From Phoronis australis (lineage: Eukaryota; Animalia; Phoronida): a stretch of DNA of 64,000 bases. Position numbers and translations under genes: made by a program. The stretch lies in NCBI GenBank assembly GCA_002633005.1, contig NMRA01000372.1:211058-275057 (forward strand), in the 5' to 3' direction. The first letter of the stretch is position 1. The number at the start of each line of letters is the position of its first letter. This document shows, piece after piece, positions 40,591-54,300 of the stretch. Below the pieces are notes generated by a model. The model saw only the letters and a program-made list of their open reading frames with translations. It did not search any database and was not told the DNA's origin.

Positions 40591-42053
40591 CCCGGCAACG
40601 CGGNTGCTTTGACTTTCCCTCTTAGCTATCATGTCATCAGTTGATTGTGCATAATTCAATTTCCGTACTTCGAAAATCTTCAAATTCACAGCACTAGATA
40701 ATTCACTTCTACACGTTTGCTCATGAACTGTCATCTTTGGCAGTGGTTAGTCATCTATGACTTGTTTGGAATCCTTTAATTTACATGTAATTCGACAACT
40801 AATCCTGCAAAGTTATTTAATTCGTCTCAGCAAAATCTCTCGTACATATACCTGTAAATAACTAGTGCTCCTCGTATCAGTATTTGCACAGATTTATAAA
40901 AAGACGAAATATCTGAGGACCGAGTAACCACAGCACGTGTTTTCCATGTTGATTGAAAACAATTTTGTTGGTTGTTTGGGTTTGTGTCAAATAATGACTA
41001 TCGGTCATTTAGCTCTCTGTATAGAACAGCCAGTCCATTGATTAAACCAAGAGAGCCGCACAATTGGTACTTCAAGTTAATATAAGGTACTTGAACTTGA
41101 GAAATTGAATAACTTGGCTTATTCAAATTGTTCATGCTAATCGAATATTTGTAATCGAAAGACTGACATCTTCATGCTACGATTGTTTTAGATGCTAATT
41201 AGCCTGTTGTGCACTAGTCAGGGAGTCGGTGAGCGAGTCCTACATGTACATGTACATGAAAGACCTCATACTTTCCGAGACAGCCCGCCCCCTCTGGCGG
41301 CCGCCAAACCAATGATATAATTTTTTCACTTCAAAATGGCACTATTGGGCTTCCGTACCCACATGATGGGCATGTCATCAAATTCAAGTTTTGTTAGAAG
41401 TAAAGAGCGCAAGGCCCTTGTCTTTAATTCTTAAAATACGATTTTGGAAAGAAAGTTTTCTTCTTTAAGACAGGCTCTAAGCGCTTCGACATTTATTAAC
41501 ATCTGTTGTGTGCCAACATCAAAATATCACGTGTCCTTTAATATAGTATATAAATTAAGTCGCACGAGGTACCTGTAGGCATACGATTGAAACATAAGGC
41601 AATGCTGAAAACCAGGTAGCTTAGCATTTAGTAACAGCTGTAAAATTACACTCTGGAAAGGACAGTGTTAAAAAGTTGACGTTGGATCATCAGTTGAAAT
41701 TTGCGTTAACAAATCCGTGTTCATCGCCTGTTAATACATATGCGTTACTGCCTGTGACTGAAAGCACAAACACGGCTGGTGACAACTGGATATGTCGCTA
41801 CCTGCACAGCACAAAAGCTGAGCTACATTTGCACGTATCGTTTGCAGCGACGCCATTTACTGTCTGCACGGTGAGTACCGGGAACTTCCGCAGCCAGTGC
41901 TCGGCTGTCGAAAACAAGGCTTTATTCACGAGTGTATGAATATATCTTATTCAGTGAGGCGTGGCATATGTAGCAAGCAGTTTATGCCGTTCAATCCGCC
42001 ATTTTTTTTTGGTCACATCACGTAACCTAATGAATATCAGTCCGAATATATTT

Positions 42054-42110
42054 TTGCCCCCGACCGGGATTCGAACCCGCGACCTTCTGATCACCGTGCA
42101 TAAGTGTCTC
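42054..42110 (-). mobile_element. tRNA-derived SINE head or tRNA pseudogene fragment
   Basis: The minus strand reads aaggtcgcgGGTTCGAATCCcggtcggggc (B box / T arm). No clear A box or full cloverleaf. Confidence 0.5.
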
Positions 42111-42711
42111 ATGAAAAGTGACTATGACTGAAATTTGCCGGGTCTTGCGCTCCTACTTCACAATTTGCTCAATGACGGCTTAGCCAACTTATTCTGAGCA
42201 CAGTCACAGCCTAGAAATTTTGATAAAACATCTCAGTAAGTAGCAGTGTTGTTTATATTCTCGTAGACTTCTGTCCAATTGCGATTTGGTGATTGTTCGC
42301 ACATAGTTGTGTGGAGCGTCTGACTTAAGTACATTGTATTATGTCACCTGACAAGAAGCAAACCCAAAGCCAATCACGTGGACTAGAAAAGGAGACCCAT
42401 TTGTTCAGGATCTTTTTGAAAATGTCACACTTAGGATTTTGTTCCAAGAAATTCGATTTGGAGTACAAAAATTAGACAACGACCAAGCCCAGGCCATGCA
42501 ATCTTTCACGGTGATACCGTGTGAACAATGCTAATCAATCAATGAAAAACTCTTGACCCAGCAATGATGTCAGTGTAGGGTTATCATTTGAAATGTATTT
42601 TATCTGGTAATCAGCCTTGAGCATTTTTAAAATTAAAATGGCGGGTGCCACCATCCTGAAATGTGACTTGTAGTGGTTTGTCGAAAGTTTCTTCGTTTCC
42701 CAATGAATTAA

Positions 42712-43858
42712 AGGAGCATGCCACCCTAAAAGCAACCTAATTTGTATCAATTTAGATCGAGTATTTCTACTCCATAACGACATGTAGGGTTGCGTTACCT
42801 GACAACTGACGGTAGACGGAGGTGTTGAAATTATCCAATGACGTCATCGGGTTCACACGCAGTCTGGTCAGCAGTTCACAACACGTGTTACTGGTGTCAG
42901 CTTATCGCTTGAATTCATCGTTTAACACCAATAAATCATCAAACTTCGATGTAAAACCCTTAAAAATACACCGAGTTCTTATAAAAACGTGTTGTTTTAT
43001 TTCGCTCTTACGGATTTATTGGTATTTGGACACACCGTAGCCAACAAAGTTTGGCAGGCCAATAAGGTCCGTAGCAGGAGTTTGGGGTCTGGTCGGAGAT
43101 AATTTCGAAGTATTTTCCGTGAGATACAGACAGGAGAACCTAGATCTGTGTTGTTTAAACTTGTGATTTTTTGAGTTCTAAACACAAAACGCTTGTTATC
43201 CTGGCCAGTGGCTCGGAGCCCGGCCAGGCCCGTCACGGCCGCCCGGATTGACTCGTTATCCCGCCCAGTAGCTCGGAAACTGTTCAGATATCACGAACAT
43301 ACACCAGCCAAAGTTCAGTGGAAACTAAACTTCCAATCAAGAAAATACTATACTAGTGAACCAAAGTAATGTGCACGTGCTTATGTTGGTGAATTAGCCA
43401 TGAAACTGCAAATCTAATACTCGGGGCCGCGAATTCAGGTTCCGCATTGGCCACAGCACCGTCAGGGCAGAAGTTGTATGGCATTGACAATCATTATTTG
43501 AGTAATGTAAATGTAAATAAAGATTCCCCTAACACCTGGCCGTGGGATGGAAATCGAGTTGTTTCACAACAGTTTCTGCCAGAGCAAACACTAAATTAGC
43601 ATGAGCTCACACGGCCTCGGTGTCCCGTCAGTTAGTATTATTGCACCTAAAGCCGGTAACGCAGTGATTTATTCATTGCTGGCTTTTCAAATCATTTGCA
43701 CTCACGAACACTCCAAAGGCATCAAAAATTGCATCTAATGAGACAGATTTTGTTTCAGTTTTATATAAGTATTGGTTAGGGTGAGAATAATTCATTTTGA
43801 AACAGAACGCTCAGTAATGAACGCCAGCATGGCAACCCCGTCGCAATCCCGACTTAGG
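42712..43858 (+). mobile_element. About 1.15-kb repeat with a TTAA|AGG terminus (Kolobok-like); inverted copy at 55022-56187
   Basis: Collinear with the reverse complement of 55022-56187. Both outer ends abut TTAA. Confidence 0.75.
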
Positions 43859-45598
43859 ACGCGCACGCGCCAATTCCTAATTTTTTGCGACATCTCTCAG
43901 GTGATGATGATAGCTTGGCAGCAGCAAAATTTCTTCTGAAATTCGATTTTTCGGTATCAAAATTCTAAAAAACTTATAATGAAGTGAAACTAGTTCTGAT
44001 AACTTGTTGTGACGTGTACGAAAGCTCGTGAAAGAACAACAGTTGATTGAAGAATCGGCGAAAAAAGAAACTGGCCAATAGGTGACGCAATATTTCACGG
44101 CGCCGAAAGCCGTCGCTAAAGATCGCTCCACAACTTTAGCAGCAGAATAACGGTAGAACGCCATTTTTGCCAACACCGTTAAATAATTCAATTTACTCAA
44201 GGAAGACTGTAGTTTTTAATGACACCAATTTTGTGTCAGATTTTGTCTTGCCACTTTTTTACCCACATCGGTGCAAAGCTGTATATTTATATACAGCTTT
44301 GTACCAAGGCTAGGTAGGCCTATGAAATTTCGTGATAGATTACAGTCTATGGTCTATGGTTTAACAGAGCTCAAGTCACAGTGTTACCTAGTTGTATTTT
44401 GGCGATAGCCTTCAAACAGCTAGCTGGTAGGCTACAAAAAATCTGCAGTGTGCACTTCGACGTTTCGTGTCACTGTTCTGGCCCAGAGTATAGAGAATCC
44501 GGCCCAAATCCGGATTATTCTATCTGATTTGGGTCGTTCCCGTAGGCCTAACGGAATTCTGATACTGAATTTAAAACGTGCAATTGATTACAAATTCTTA
44601 TGACTGGGTATGTTTTCATGCAATACAGACTTTATTTTGTAGTTTTAATTTATTACAGACACGCACAATGTTGTGTTGCTCATTTTCAATTTTTTTTAGC
44701 TTGACCGATTACGGGTTGCAGCAAATCAAGGTGACTTATTTTGAAAATTGAGTTTCTAATATAAAATTTTCAATGGATTTGAATATAGTTGCATTGTACG
44801 AAAAGATCATGCTGATATGTGCTGTAAGCCTAACGTTTCTAAGTATTTTGCACCAAATTAAATGGCCTGTTATCGTCTATACCCATACGGGACACACGCT
44901 GGACAGCCGTCCGTATTGGAATCGCGCAGCGTTCACACCTTCGGCTTCAAAAAGACATGAATGAAAAGTTACTAACATCAAAGTTTTTGTATCAAACAAA
45001 TTAGACTTAATAATAAACATAGGGAAATTGCTGATAACAATTCAGACGAAGCGTTTTGTTTTTCTGACTGTTTCGACGGCACCAGTCACACTCCTGGGGA
45101 TTCCCATACGGCCCGTATTATAATGTGTGCTCAATAATTGAATAAAAATTCTAAAAGTAGTGATTGTGATTAATTTTAATATTAACTGACATAAAATGAA
45201 AAATTAATGTGTTTCCTTGTTTTTCCACGTATTTTGCACTAAATTAAAACACGAGTCATCTCTGATTCCAATGCTCTGGAGACACGGTGAAAGCCAAATT
45301 CGTTGTAACGATGACGTCATAGACTTCGATTAGTGCAAGCGCCGTCTCAAGTTTTTTTTTTTGGCGCTTAATGGGGTTCGTGATGAGACTACTGTATTGT
45401 CGAAGGCCTACTTAATTAACGACTGGGGTATGCTATGACCCAGTATTTTAATGTTTTTTATCAATAAATGTATCTTAGATGTAAAAATAGTCATTTTGGC
45501 ACCATACATGGCCTTTAAAGATTTCGCATCACGGTATTTCTTGTTCATTCAAAACTAATGTGTGCATTAATTTGCCGTCTTTAGTTGAACGGATACGA

Positions 45599-45750
45599 CA
45601 CTTGGGCAGATCCAGGATTTTGAGTTAAGGGGAGGGGCAGGGCAGCTAGAGTATCAGCCAGGATTTAGCCCGTTATACAATCGCACCCCCGAAGTGGCAA
45701 ATGGAGTCTTGGAAAATTTAGGCCATGGCCCCCTTCTAAATCCGCCGCTG
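45599..45750 (-). mobile_element. CAGTGGCGGAT-family MITE (reverse), TSD TACGA
   Basis: TACGA|cacttgggcagatccagg...aaatccgccgctg|TACGA. Confidence 0.8.
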
Positions 45751-46469
45751 TACGAAATCCTGTTTTGTTGTCTTCAACCAATCCTCGTTCTGTCAAAAGC
45801 TACATGTAATTGCATCATTGGTGTCCCACTTGAGTGATAAAATCAGGATTGAATTAAAATCCATACGTACTCACGGTCACACGTTGGACGTAACAGTTAT
45901 GGTTCTTGGTGGGTGGTCTTTCCCCAGTTACCGTGTAACTCGCCTAAAGCTTGGGTCACGCAAATTGTGAAAGGAGTTTTTACATTGTAAATGTTGCTGC
46001 AAACTTTTGAGGATTGTCGAGGGCTACAGACCATCAGATTGTGTTTCATAGAACTGGATGGGAAGGCCGTTTTTTTGGTACTTAAGTGAACATAAACGTT
46101 CTTAATATTCTTTGAAGGCCAATTATACAGTATGCATGACATACTGGGATATCCCATGCGTTCGTTTTCGAGTACACTCTTTCAGTTTAACCCACGTGTC
46201 AAAATAACTATTAAGCCATTAATTGCTTTGGATACTTATCATGCAGGTAGCTACTATTGTATTAATAATGTCATCCTCAAAGCGGTCAACATTTCAACCA
46301 GAATTGCCGTGACTAACCGTGGATCTTTGAGCCGGAGGGAAGGTAAGTAAACAATATTATGATATCGGATTTGTCTGTGCCATCCTGCGTACATTGCATC
46401 TTTGAGGTAGATATGCAGTACATGTACACCATACTTGGTAAACCAATGAAACAGGGTTGGAAGTTAGAT

Positions 46470-46948
46470 CTAAATGTATGAGGCCATTAAACAATTGCCT
46501 AATGGCAAGGCTGCGGGTTATGATGGCGTGATTTTTGAAATGCTGAAGTGCTCTAATGTAGCGATAGTGCCAGTCTTGCATACATGTAAGTTACTTAATG
46601 CAATTTTTGATTCTGGGTATTATCCCCAGACTTGGTGTGACACAGTGCTTACTCCAGTTCATAAATAAGGTAATATCAATGGCGAAAACAACTATAGAGG
46701 TATCTCTCCCTGTTGTCTGTTTTGGGAAAACTTTTTACCAAATTTTTAAACAATCCTCTTTATTACTGGGCTGAAAACAATGATAAACTTTATGAGTCTC
46801 AAGCTGGGTTTAGAAAAGGCTACTCTACGATTGACCAAGTGTTTACACTTCAAGCTATGTGCCACAAGTATTTGAGTCGGCGCCGTGGGTGGGAGATTTT
46901 ACTGTGCCTTTGTAGATTTCTCGAAGGCATTCGATCGAGTCCCACACG
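46470..46948 (+). mobile_element. LINE reverse-transcriptase fragment
   Basis: KAAGYDGV, NYRGIS, SQAGFRKGYSTIDQVFTL and FYCAFVDFSKAFDRVPH, with stops and frameshifts. Ends where the repeat at 46950 begins. Confidence 0.9.
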
Positions 46949-46949
46949 C

Positions 46950-47665
46950 TGTGACATGTACGCAACCTAGGTGCCGGCAGCGAAAAACACTTGATAAAAA
47001 ATACGGGGAGAAAGAAACTGGTAAAGATCAGGTGACGTAATCGCCAAGAGCCGACTCAAGAAAACGCATCACAATTTCAGCAGCAGCCGATTAACGATCG
47101 CTAACTTTTTTAACACCGGTAAATAAGTTAGTTTACTCAAGGAACCTGCTTCCTAGGTTTACTCAAGGATGAGAGTTGTTTTATTGTGAATAAATTTTGA
47201 GTCAGATTTTATTTGTTCATTTTTCACCCATATCGAAGCAAACCTGTTGGAATATATTTAGTATCTTTGGGCCAAGGCTTGGGTACTACCCATCCGTTTA
47301 GAATACGTTTAGAAGATACCTATTCGGAGAGTTCGAGCACCAGGAGCCATACAAAAAGGAATGGCGAACCTTCTACAGCACTGTGGCAAACAGTAAAAAA
47401 TAAGAACGGCCGATACAATGATAAAATACGATGTAAACTCATCCCAACATGGCACGGCAATATGGGTGATAATCAGTCGAGTCCCCATCAGTCACGTCAC
47501 CGATATAAATGAATCAGCCAATCAGCGATCGCTGTCAGGATCACAGTCTTTTGACAATAACTATGACTGAGCTTTTGTTTAGCGCGCAACTCGGATAAAT
47601 GTGAGTTTCATTTGTATTTTAGAACCGTTTAACTGCTGTATTATTTTTACTACAGTGCCCATTTA
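46950..47665 (-). repeat. Dispersed repeat, inverted copy of 27220-27957
   Basis: Aligns to the reverse complement of 27220-27957. Confidence 0.8.
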
Positions 47666-48205
47666 ATGTTCCACGAAACTACGTCAGAATATTGATATCA
47701 ACCTTTAACAAAATGTTGAAAACGTCATTGCAAAACGTTTTGTCTGGAGCGTCTCACACAGGAACAAACAAACAGTGTGGCGTCCATACATGTAGGCTAG
47801 AGGACTAAGTGGAAATATACCCCCTTCCCCTTAAAATCACACGGCGTTGTTTGCATGATCGGATTTTTGACGAACCCCAGAGCAGTCGATTTTCAGTATG
47901 GTACATGTACGTTGAGAGATATGAACCTTTAAAGCCATTTTGTCGACAAAACACAAGCACAAAAACGGCATGCGTTTTATGAATGTGACAATACAGTCAC
48001 TGCAAGGCGTGGGCCCTCGTTTTGAGCGTCCACGCTTCTTGTTTTAACTTACCTGTTGCCCATTAGTAAATCCGGTGTGGTAGGTGAAAATGTCCCTTAC
48101 TAGAACATGTCCTTCATGCATGTACATGTACATGTATATGTAGTGGAATGCTAAAATACCTGCCAGTTATTCAGTGAATTTCCTGGATGCTCCAATTATA
48201 CATAC

Positions 48206-48357
48206 CAGAGGCGGATCCAGGATTTGTGTTAGAAAGGGGGGAGGGGGTCAGGGCAGTGTATTAGCCAGGATTTTGCCCGTTAGACATTAGCACCACCGAA
48301 CTGCCAAATGGAATCTGGAAGAATTTCAAGGAGGTATACCCCTTAAATCCGCTGCTG
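48206..48357 (-). mobile_element. CAGTGGCGGAT-family MITE (reverse)
   Basis: CAGAGGCGGATCCAGGATTT...AAATCCGCTGCTG. Confidence 0.8.
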
Positions 48358-51000
48358 TCTGGGAGGGCACTCTTCACTTTCGCACTGGTACTAAGCCCAT
48401 AAAATTTGTGATATTTGACTTTTCTGGCGTGAGGCCCCTGAAGTCGGAGCTCCGGCCAAGTGCCCCAGTGGACAACGTGGCAAAGAAGACACTAGTACAG
48501 TGTACATGTACAGTACATGCGGAATCATTCCTGGCGGGAGATTAGAACTGAGTGATAGCTCAGCAGCCTTCGAACTTGGATAAGTAGTAGAAAAAGAATT
48601 TCCCGCGGCTGAGATGGGTCCGGGAAATATTATATTCCTACCATACACAGACAAGATGTCTTCATTTTAAAGTCAATCAGAAATTAATATTTATCCAACA
48701 GGTATTCAATTTTGCAAAACAGTCAAAAATTTAAATGGTCTGCACACCCAAGGGTGTGTTTCAGACTGCAATCTGAGAAACAGCGCATAGCTCGATACGA
48801 GGGAATATTTTAATATATTTTAGTACCGACGTTCGTTATTTTAGTTTTACTAGTTTTACTATTTTATATTTTTATTCGTTGGTAACTGCAGGGCATTGCA
48901 ACATCTATTCGATTTCACACTCGAACTTGATTTTCAATATTTTCACCAACGGTTTGAATGCATGTACATCTAATGAATAGCGAGATTATGTTGAGCACAG
49001 TGCGTGAGCATGTACCTACAGCAGGCCATTCGCTTGTACAAATGATAGTACCCTGCGCCTGTAAGGAGAACTTAGGCGCAGGCGCCTAATTATAGCAAAA
49101 CACTTTGGTATGCAAGTTTCTATAATGAAAACCCCTTTTCTGGGTAAGGCCCATGGGCCTAATATGTATTATTTAAAAAATAGCAGTAATCACATTATAT
49201 CAGGCTTATAGCTGTAACTATTCAACAGCCACCATGGATTGCCGTTTTCCCCCTTGTTAAGTGATATTGCAATATTCTGAGCCTTGCAGTCCAAGTACTT
49301 ACGTACATGTAGTTACATGTACTCGTACATGTATACTGTATGCAAAGCATAGACAAATCCACAGATAGTGATAAACTGTCATAATTGCAGTTGAAATCTT
49401 TTTCAGACGACGCATACAGCGAGTTGCTGAACTTATTCTCAGTGCAAATATCCGCGTTTGTGACCAATCGTCCGATACTCCATTCTCAGCAAAACTTGAT
49501 GCAGCAAGAATATCTTTGTTTGCAATACACTCAGCTCATATTGCTGCAAAGGTCGTCGTGCATGTCCTCGTATTGAAAAGCAGGTAAACCATTGCGTGTG
49601 TGACCGGTCATCAATTCATTTACATAAAACACGCTGATCTTTGTTGGAAATTGATGACGTGTAACAAGACGGGAATTATCCGTCGACCTGAACGTACAGT
49701 GTACAAGTCAAGGAGTGATAGTCTTCATCTATAACTCAGTGAAAACTACACAATGGTTGAAACGTCGCCACGTCTTAAAATAATCAAGACAATATTTGTG
49801 ACGCCGTACATCATAGCGATCCTTTGTCTTCTAGTGATACAACTAATGTTGTCTGAACTGCGTAAATTTCGAGACAATAATCCGCAGGGATGGAAATTGG
49901 CCCGAGTATGGACTGTGGAGTTTCTGATACCTGTTTGCACTATCGTGAACTGTGTCGTGCTCATCTGTTACGCCGTGTCGTTGGTTGTAGAAGGAGTGAG
50001 GTCGATGAGGAAGTCAGAGAAAAAGTTATCGATGATTTGTGAAGTATAGATCCGTTTATTAACATGTTTATCACAACGCGGTGGGCTGCGGGAAAGCCTG
50101 TAGACAAGGCTAGCTGAAAATTGTTATGCATTATCCGCGCTATATGTCCATATAAGCTTATATTTGTGTGATAGGGTGTGTGTGTCCGGAATTTGGCGCA
50201 TGTGGGTCAGTGTAAAAAGAGCAAAAAGGTAAACTTTGACTTATTTCGTCTCATTTTCTACTTTTTTTGGAGATATTGTTTCTCTGGGGCGGAGCTTTTT
50301 GCCCACTTCGGCAAATAGGCGACCTTGTTCGAGTCCCACACTGGGGGCGCGCATGCAACGCAAAATGATCTTCAGAATTAAAACGCATTCTTTATACAGA
50401 CCTGTGATTGTGTAAAAACTGTTTAAGAGGTGAATATATCCATTACATTACCATGAGTGCTTGTCAGCCACACCTCTATATTAAAAACTGCTTTGGGTAA
50501 AATTTATCCGGCCTGACGGAAACTATTGGGTTAAGAATCAAGTGTAAACGATGTTTATTCAGTGTAAGTAATAGTTTTTAACACACTGACAATAAACGAA
50601 AACTATTCCGTGACCCTAAACAAATTCATAAATCATGAAAATTCGAGGTTTAATGTCCTTCAAAAATAGGAAAGAGCGTAACCACATACAAAGTTTAAAC
50701 CCAGCAGCGCCACCTGAGAGATGAAGAGAGCGGGGTACAGTTCAGTATCCATGTATGTCTAGAAAAAAATACCCACTGAAATTACGTATTCTCATACAAA
50801 ATACACGGCAATATCTCACGTTATCTCGTGCAAAGTCTTGGTTTTTACCGAGGTCGTACCGTTGGCCCTAGGGTAATAGTAAACTCCAGCCAGCTGACTA
50901 TATGTACCTCTATCGCCATATTATGGCACATACTGTACATGTACATGTAACAGGCACTTAGCTTATTTTAGAGAAAGCACTTGTAATGCCCACTTCTTAA

Positions 51001-51308
51001 AGGCGAAGGCAACCTTTTTTCATGTAACTTTTAGCAAAAATAAGGTCTGTTGATTATCCCAGACAAAAGCAAACGACGACCGAACTTATGACAACCGAGG
51101 TAGAACAATGACTTACTCGACTGCTCTCACAGTCAGACTGTATGAAAAGATTGGCGCGAAATTCTTGCCTCCCAAAACGTCACTTCCGGAGTAGACGACG
51201 AGTAATTAATTAAATTACGAAAAGCTGTAATTAAGTGAAAAACATGTCTGGGATAATCTAAAGACCTTATTTTTGCTTAAAGTGACATGAAAAAGGTTGC
51301 CTTCGCCT
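51001..51308. mobile_element. 308-bp MITE with ~65-bp TIRs and TTAA TSD (Kolobok-like)
   Basis: TTAA|AGGCGAAGGCAACCTTTTT...AAAAAGGTTGCCTTCGCCT|TTAA. Confidence 0.9.
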
Positions 51309-54300
51309 TTAATACAGTTCAACGACAGATGTCTCTCTCTTTGATGTTCATTATACCAGGGTATTGCATGTTGAATAAATGATGTGTACTCGTAGCATTT
51401 GCATCAGACCATCAGCATTTTGTAATAACAAAAATACCATATTATTATCTTGTGTCATCAATTGTAGGTTTATTTATTTGAGCAACATTATCTATTTTAC
51501 ATGCCTGCATACTAGATATTTTGGATGTTTAATTACTGTTATTTCTACAGTACCAGTCATCTGCCGTAAAATCACAACAGCCCGTTGTTATAATGCTTAA
51601 CACAGAATGTGCCCGGTGCATTGACTCACATTAAGTCAGCTTTGAAAATAAACTGGACAAATCGATATTCGAGGAAACAGCTACTAAATATCTGTCACTG
51701 TTCGACTGTAATCCTTTCCAATTCTGGCTAAGCCTCTACGAAATTGCGACAGGTGTTGCTCCATTCACGCTGTCAAAAATCGCAACCAGGACTTGCCATG
51801 TCGCCAAGCTAGTCAATTACATAAACACATGATTAGCGACTAGACCTATTACGTCATGTTAAACTCGGGCAAAGTTCGACAAAAACGCTATTTTATTGTG
51901 ACAAAGGTTCGATTAAACGGCCCAATTACTCCAGCAAGATGTGTATTCATTCAATCTGGCAGAGCCTAGGAGAGTCTTGTCTAGTTAATTTTGTGTATTT
52001 TGTCTTTAGGATCAATAGTAGAATTAAGGGTCGTTCTGCTGTCCATCTCCACGTGTATTTACTTATTTATTTGTTTGTCATTATATTGGTATGGAAATGG
52101 TTTAGGTTAAAACTTGTTTGTTAATTGCAGTGAATAAAGACTGTTTGAAGATATTACGTGTATGTTAAGCAATTATAGATTCCGTTAACCCTTGAAAGGG
52201 TACATGTGATTTGCTTCCGTGTCCGGGTGCCCGGTATCGGCCAAAAAATCAGGCGTGCGTTCAGCAACGCTAGGACCTAGCTAAAATCTAGCCAAATTCA
52301 CTGACGTGCTCTTAGTTAAAATCACGGCAACATCTCACGTAACCAGGCGAAGGCTTGCTTTCAACGCGGTCTTAGCGGGAGGCAGACCTACATATTTGCA
52401 TTCTGAGGCGCATTTAAAGAAGAATGCCACCCGATTAGTCAGTCTTTTTTACCGTCTTAATCGGTCTATATCCACATAGCCTCTCATACGGTCAACCTCA
52501 CCTTGCCGAGAGGTGTCAGGTTAACCTGTAAGAAAGGTGAGAAACGACGCAGCGACGTCAGTGGTTCGTCTACAGAGTGAATGCCGCTATCTTGCGGTGC
52601 ATCGCTCGTCGTCCGAACCATGAAGCTGCAAAGAAAGCGCGTATATCGTTTTTTCGACTTCGAGCCAGAAATGCTTAAGAAGTGGCTCGCGGTAGTGAAG
52701 AATGAAAAGTTAATAGCAAGTATGAGGCCGTGAAACATCTCCATGTTTGTGGCCGGCTTTTTTGTCAACAATGATTTCTCTGACGAATTCCGGCTTACCA
52801 AATAACTATCCATACGTTCCGTTGCCTGTTCATGTTAACGGCGCCTCTCTAGTATTTCTTGATCAGTGTATTTCGGTTCGAACTGATAGCCTGTGAAACC
52901 TATAACGATCCGACCCGTGAAAGTCCTTCTCTCACGCGTTGTTAATCCTTATTACATGGTTAGAAGAGGTTATAAGGATCCAAGAAGTACCTACCCCATA
53001 ACTAATACACGATCCGTACTCGAAAAAAGTTTAAATGAACGCGCCACTCACGATTCGCACCCGAAGAACCACCGCCATTTTGAACTTGCCGCGAACCCGG
53101 AAGTTCATTCAGGAACCCAGGCCGAGAAAACGCCGTCAGTGCGACTGGAGCAGTGCCTGTACTGTTACCAGCCAGCAAACGGGGATAAAATAATGGACAG
53201 CGCGCCTTAATTTTGATAAAATCAAACTGCAGACAATTTTATGGAATTTGCTGAAGAAATGTGGCGAATAAATTTTGACAGAAATTATTTTGCCAGACTC
53301 GGGACCGCAGCCTATCGGACCCGGTGCGGATCGAGACCAGACACTGGCGAACGGAAAATGCATGCGGTTGCAAGCTGTTTTGTCGAAGTAAAATGGTCAA
53401 ATCATAAATGCTGCATATATTCAAGGGTAGTTTCAGACACTTGCATGAAATTACGGGCCGATTAGTCCTGTGTCACACTGCGGCGGCAGACCTTAGTTAG
53501 CCTCAGTCACCAGCTACCAGTGAAGACTATCGTCAAAATACAGCTTGTTAGTAGGCCTATACAGCTTTGCACCAAGGCTACCCTTAGGCCTAATATAACT
53601 GGTCGCATGCCACAGCGCTCGCTCAAACGAGGTTTATTTAGAACTTGGGTACTTCTGGCGAACTGTGCAAAGTTTTTGGCTTTCAATAGAGATTTTCCCA
53701 GACTTTGTATGAGCGCACCGAGACTAAAAGAATGGGGGGGGGGCTGGAATTTTTGGGAATGTCTATCTTTTACTATCTTAAAGTATGACAAGTCCAATAC
53801 AACATGTTATCAATTTTTATTCATTAACCCAACATAATAAGTAACTTAAAATGCACAATACTTTACAACATTTAGCATTACAAACACTAATCAACAGCAA
53901 CAGTTTCCATGACATGAAAGTGGACATACATGTATATGTAACTATTACCATGGTGACGGAATGGTGTTTCCTTACACCAGAATTTGACAAGCATCATTTA
54001 AAAAAATATGAAGTTGCAAGGAACAAGAATTGGAGACTTGAAGCTTCATAATCCAACATAGCTTATTTCTCAAATTAAGATTATTCATATTGTTGACTTG
54101 ATAACCTGAAATACTTCGAATATATCTTATATTTTTGCACAAAAAACACGAAAATTGAACGAAGTTTTTTTTGTATCAACGTTAAATCTTCACAAATTAC
54201 AAAGTAGCCGATTGAACATGCCTTTCAGTTCAGCAAAATATCGCCATGTTGTCAGTGCCGCCAGAAATGAGACGAAGTCCAACGGGAATTGCGAGCACAT

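Noticed and set aside
42054-42110. Functional tRNA gene
   Set aside because: Only the T arm / B box is present. There is no D arm, A box or complete acceptor stem.
50320-50345. B-box-like GTTCGAGTCC
   Set aside because: No A box or tRNA structure around it.
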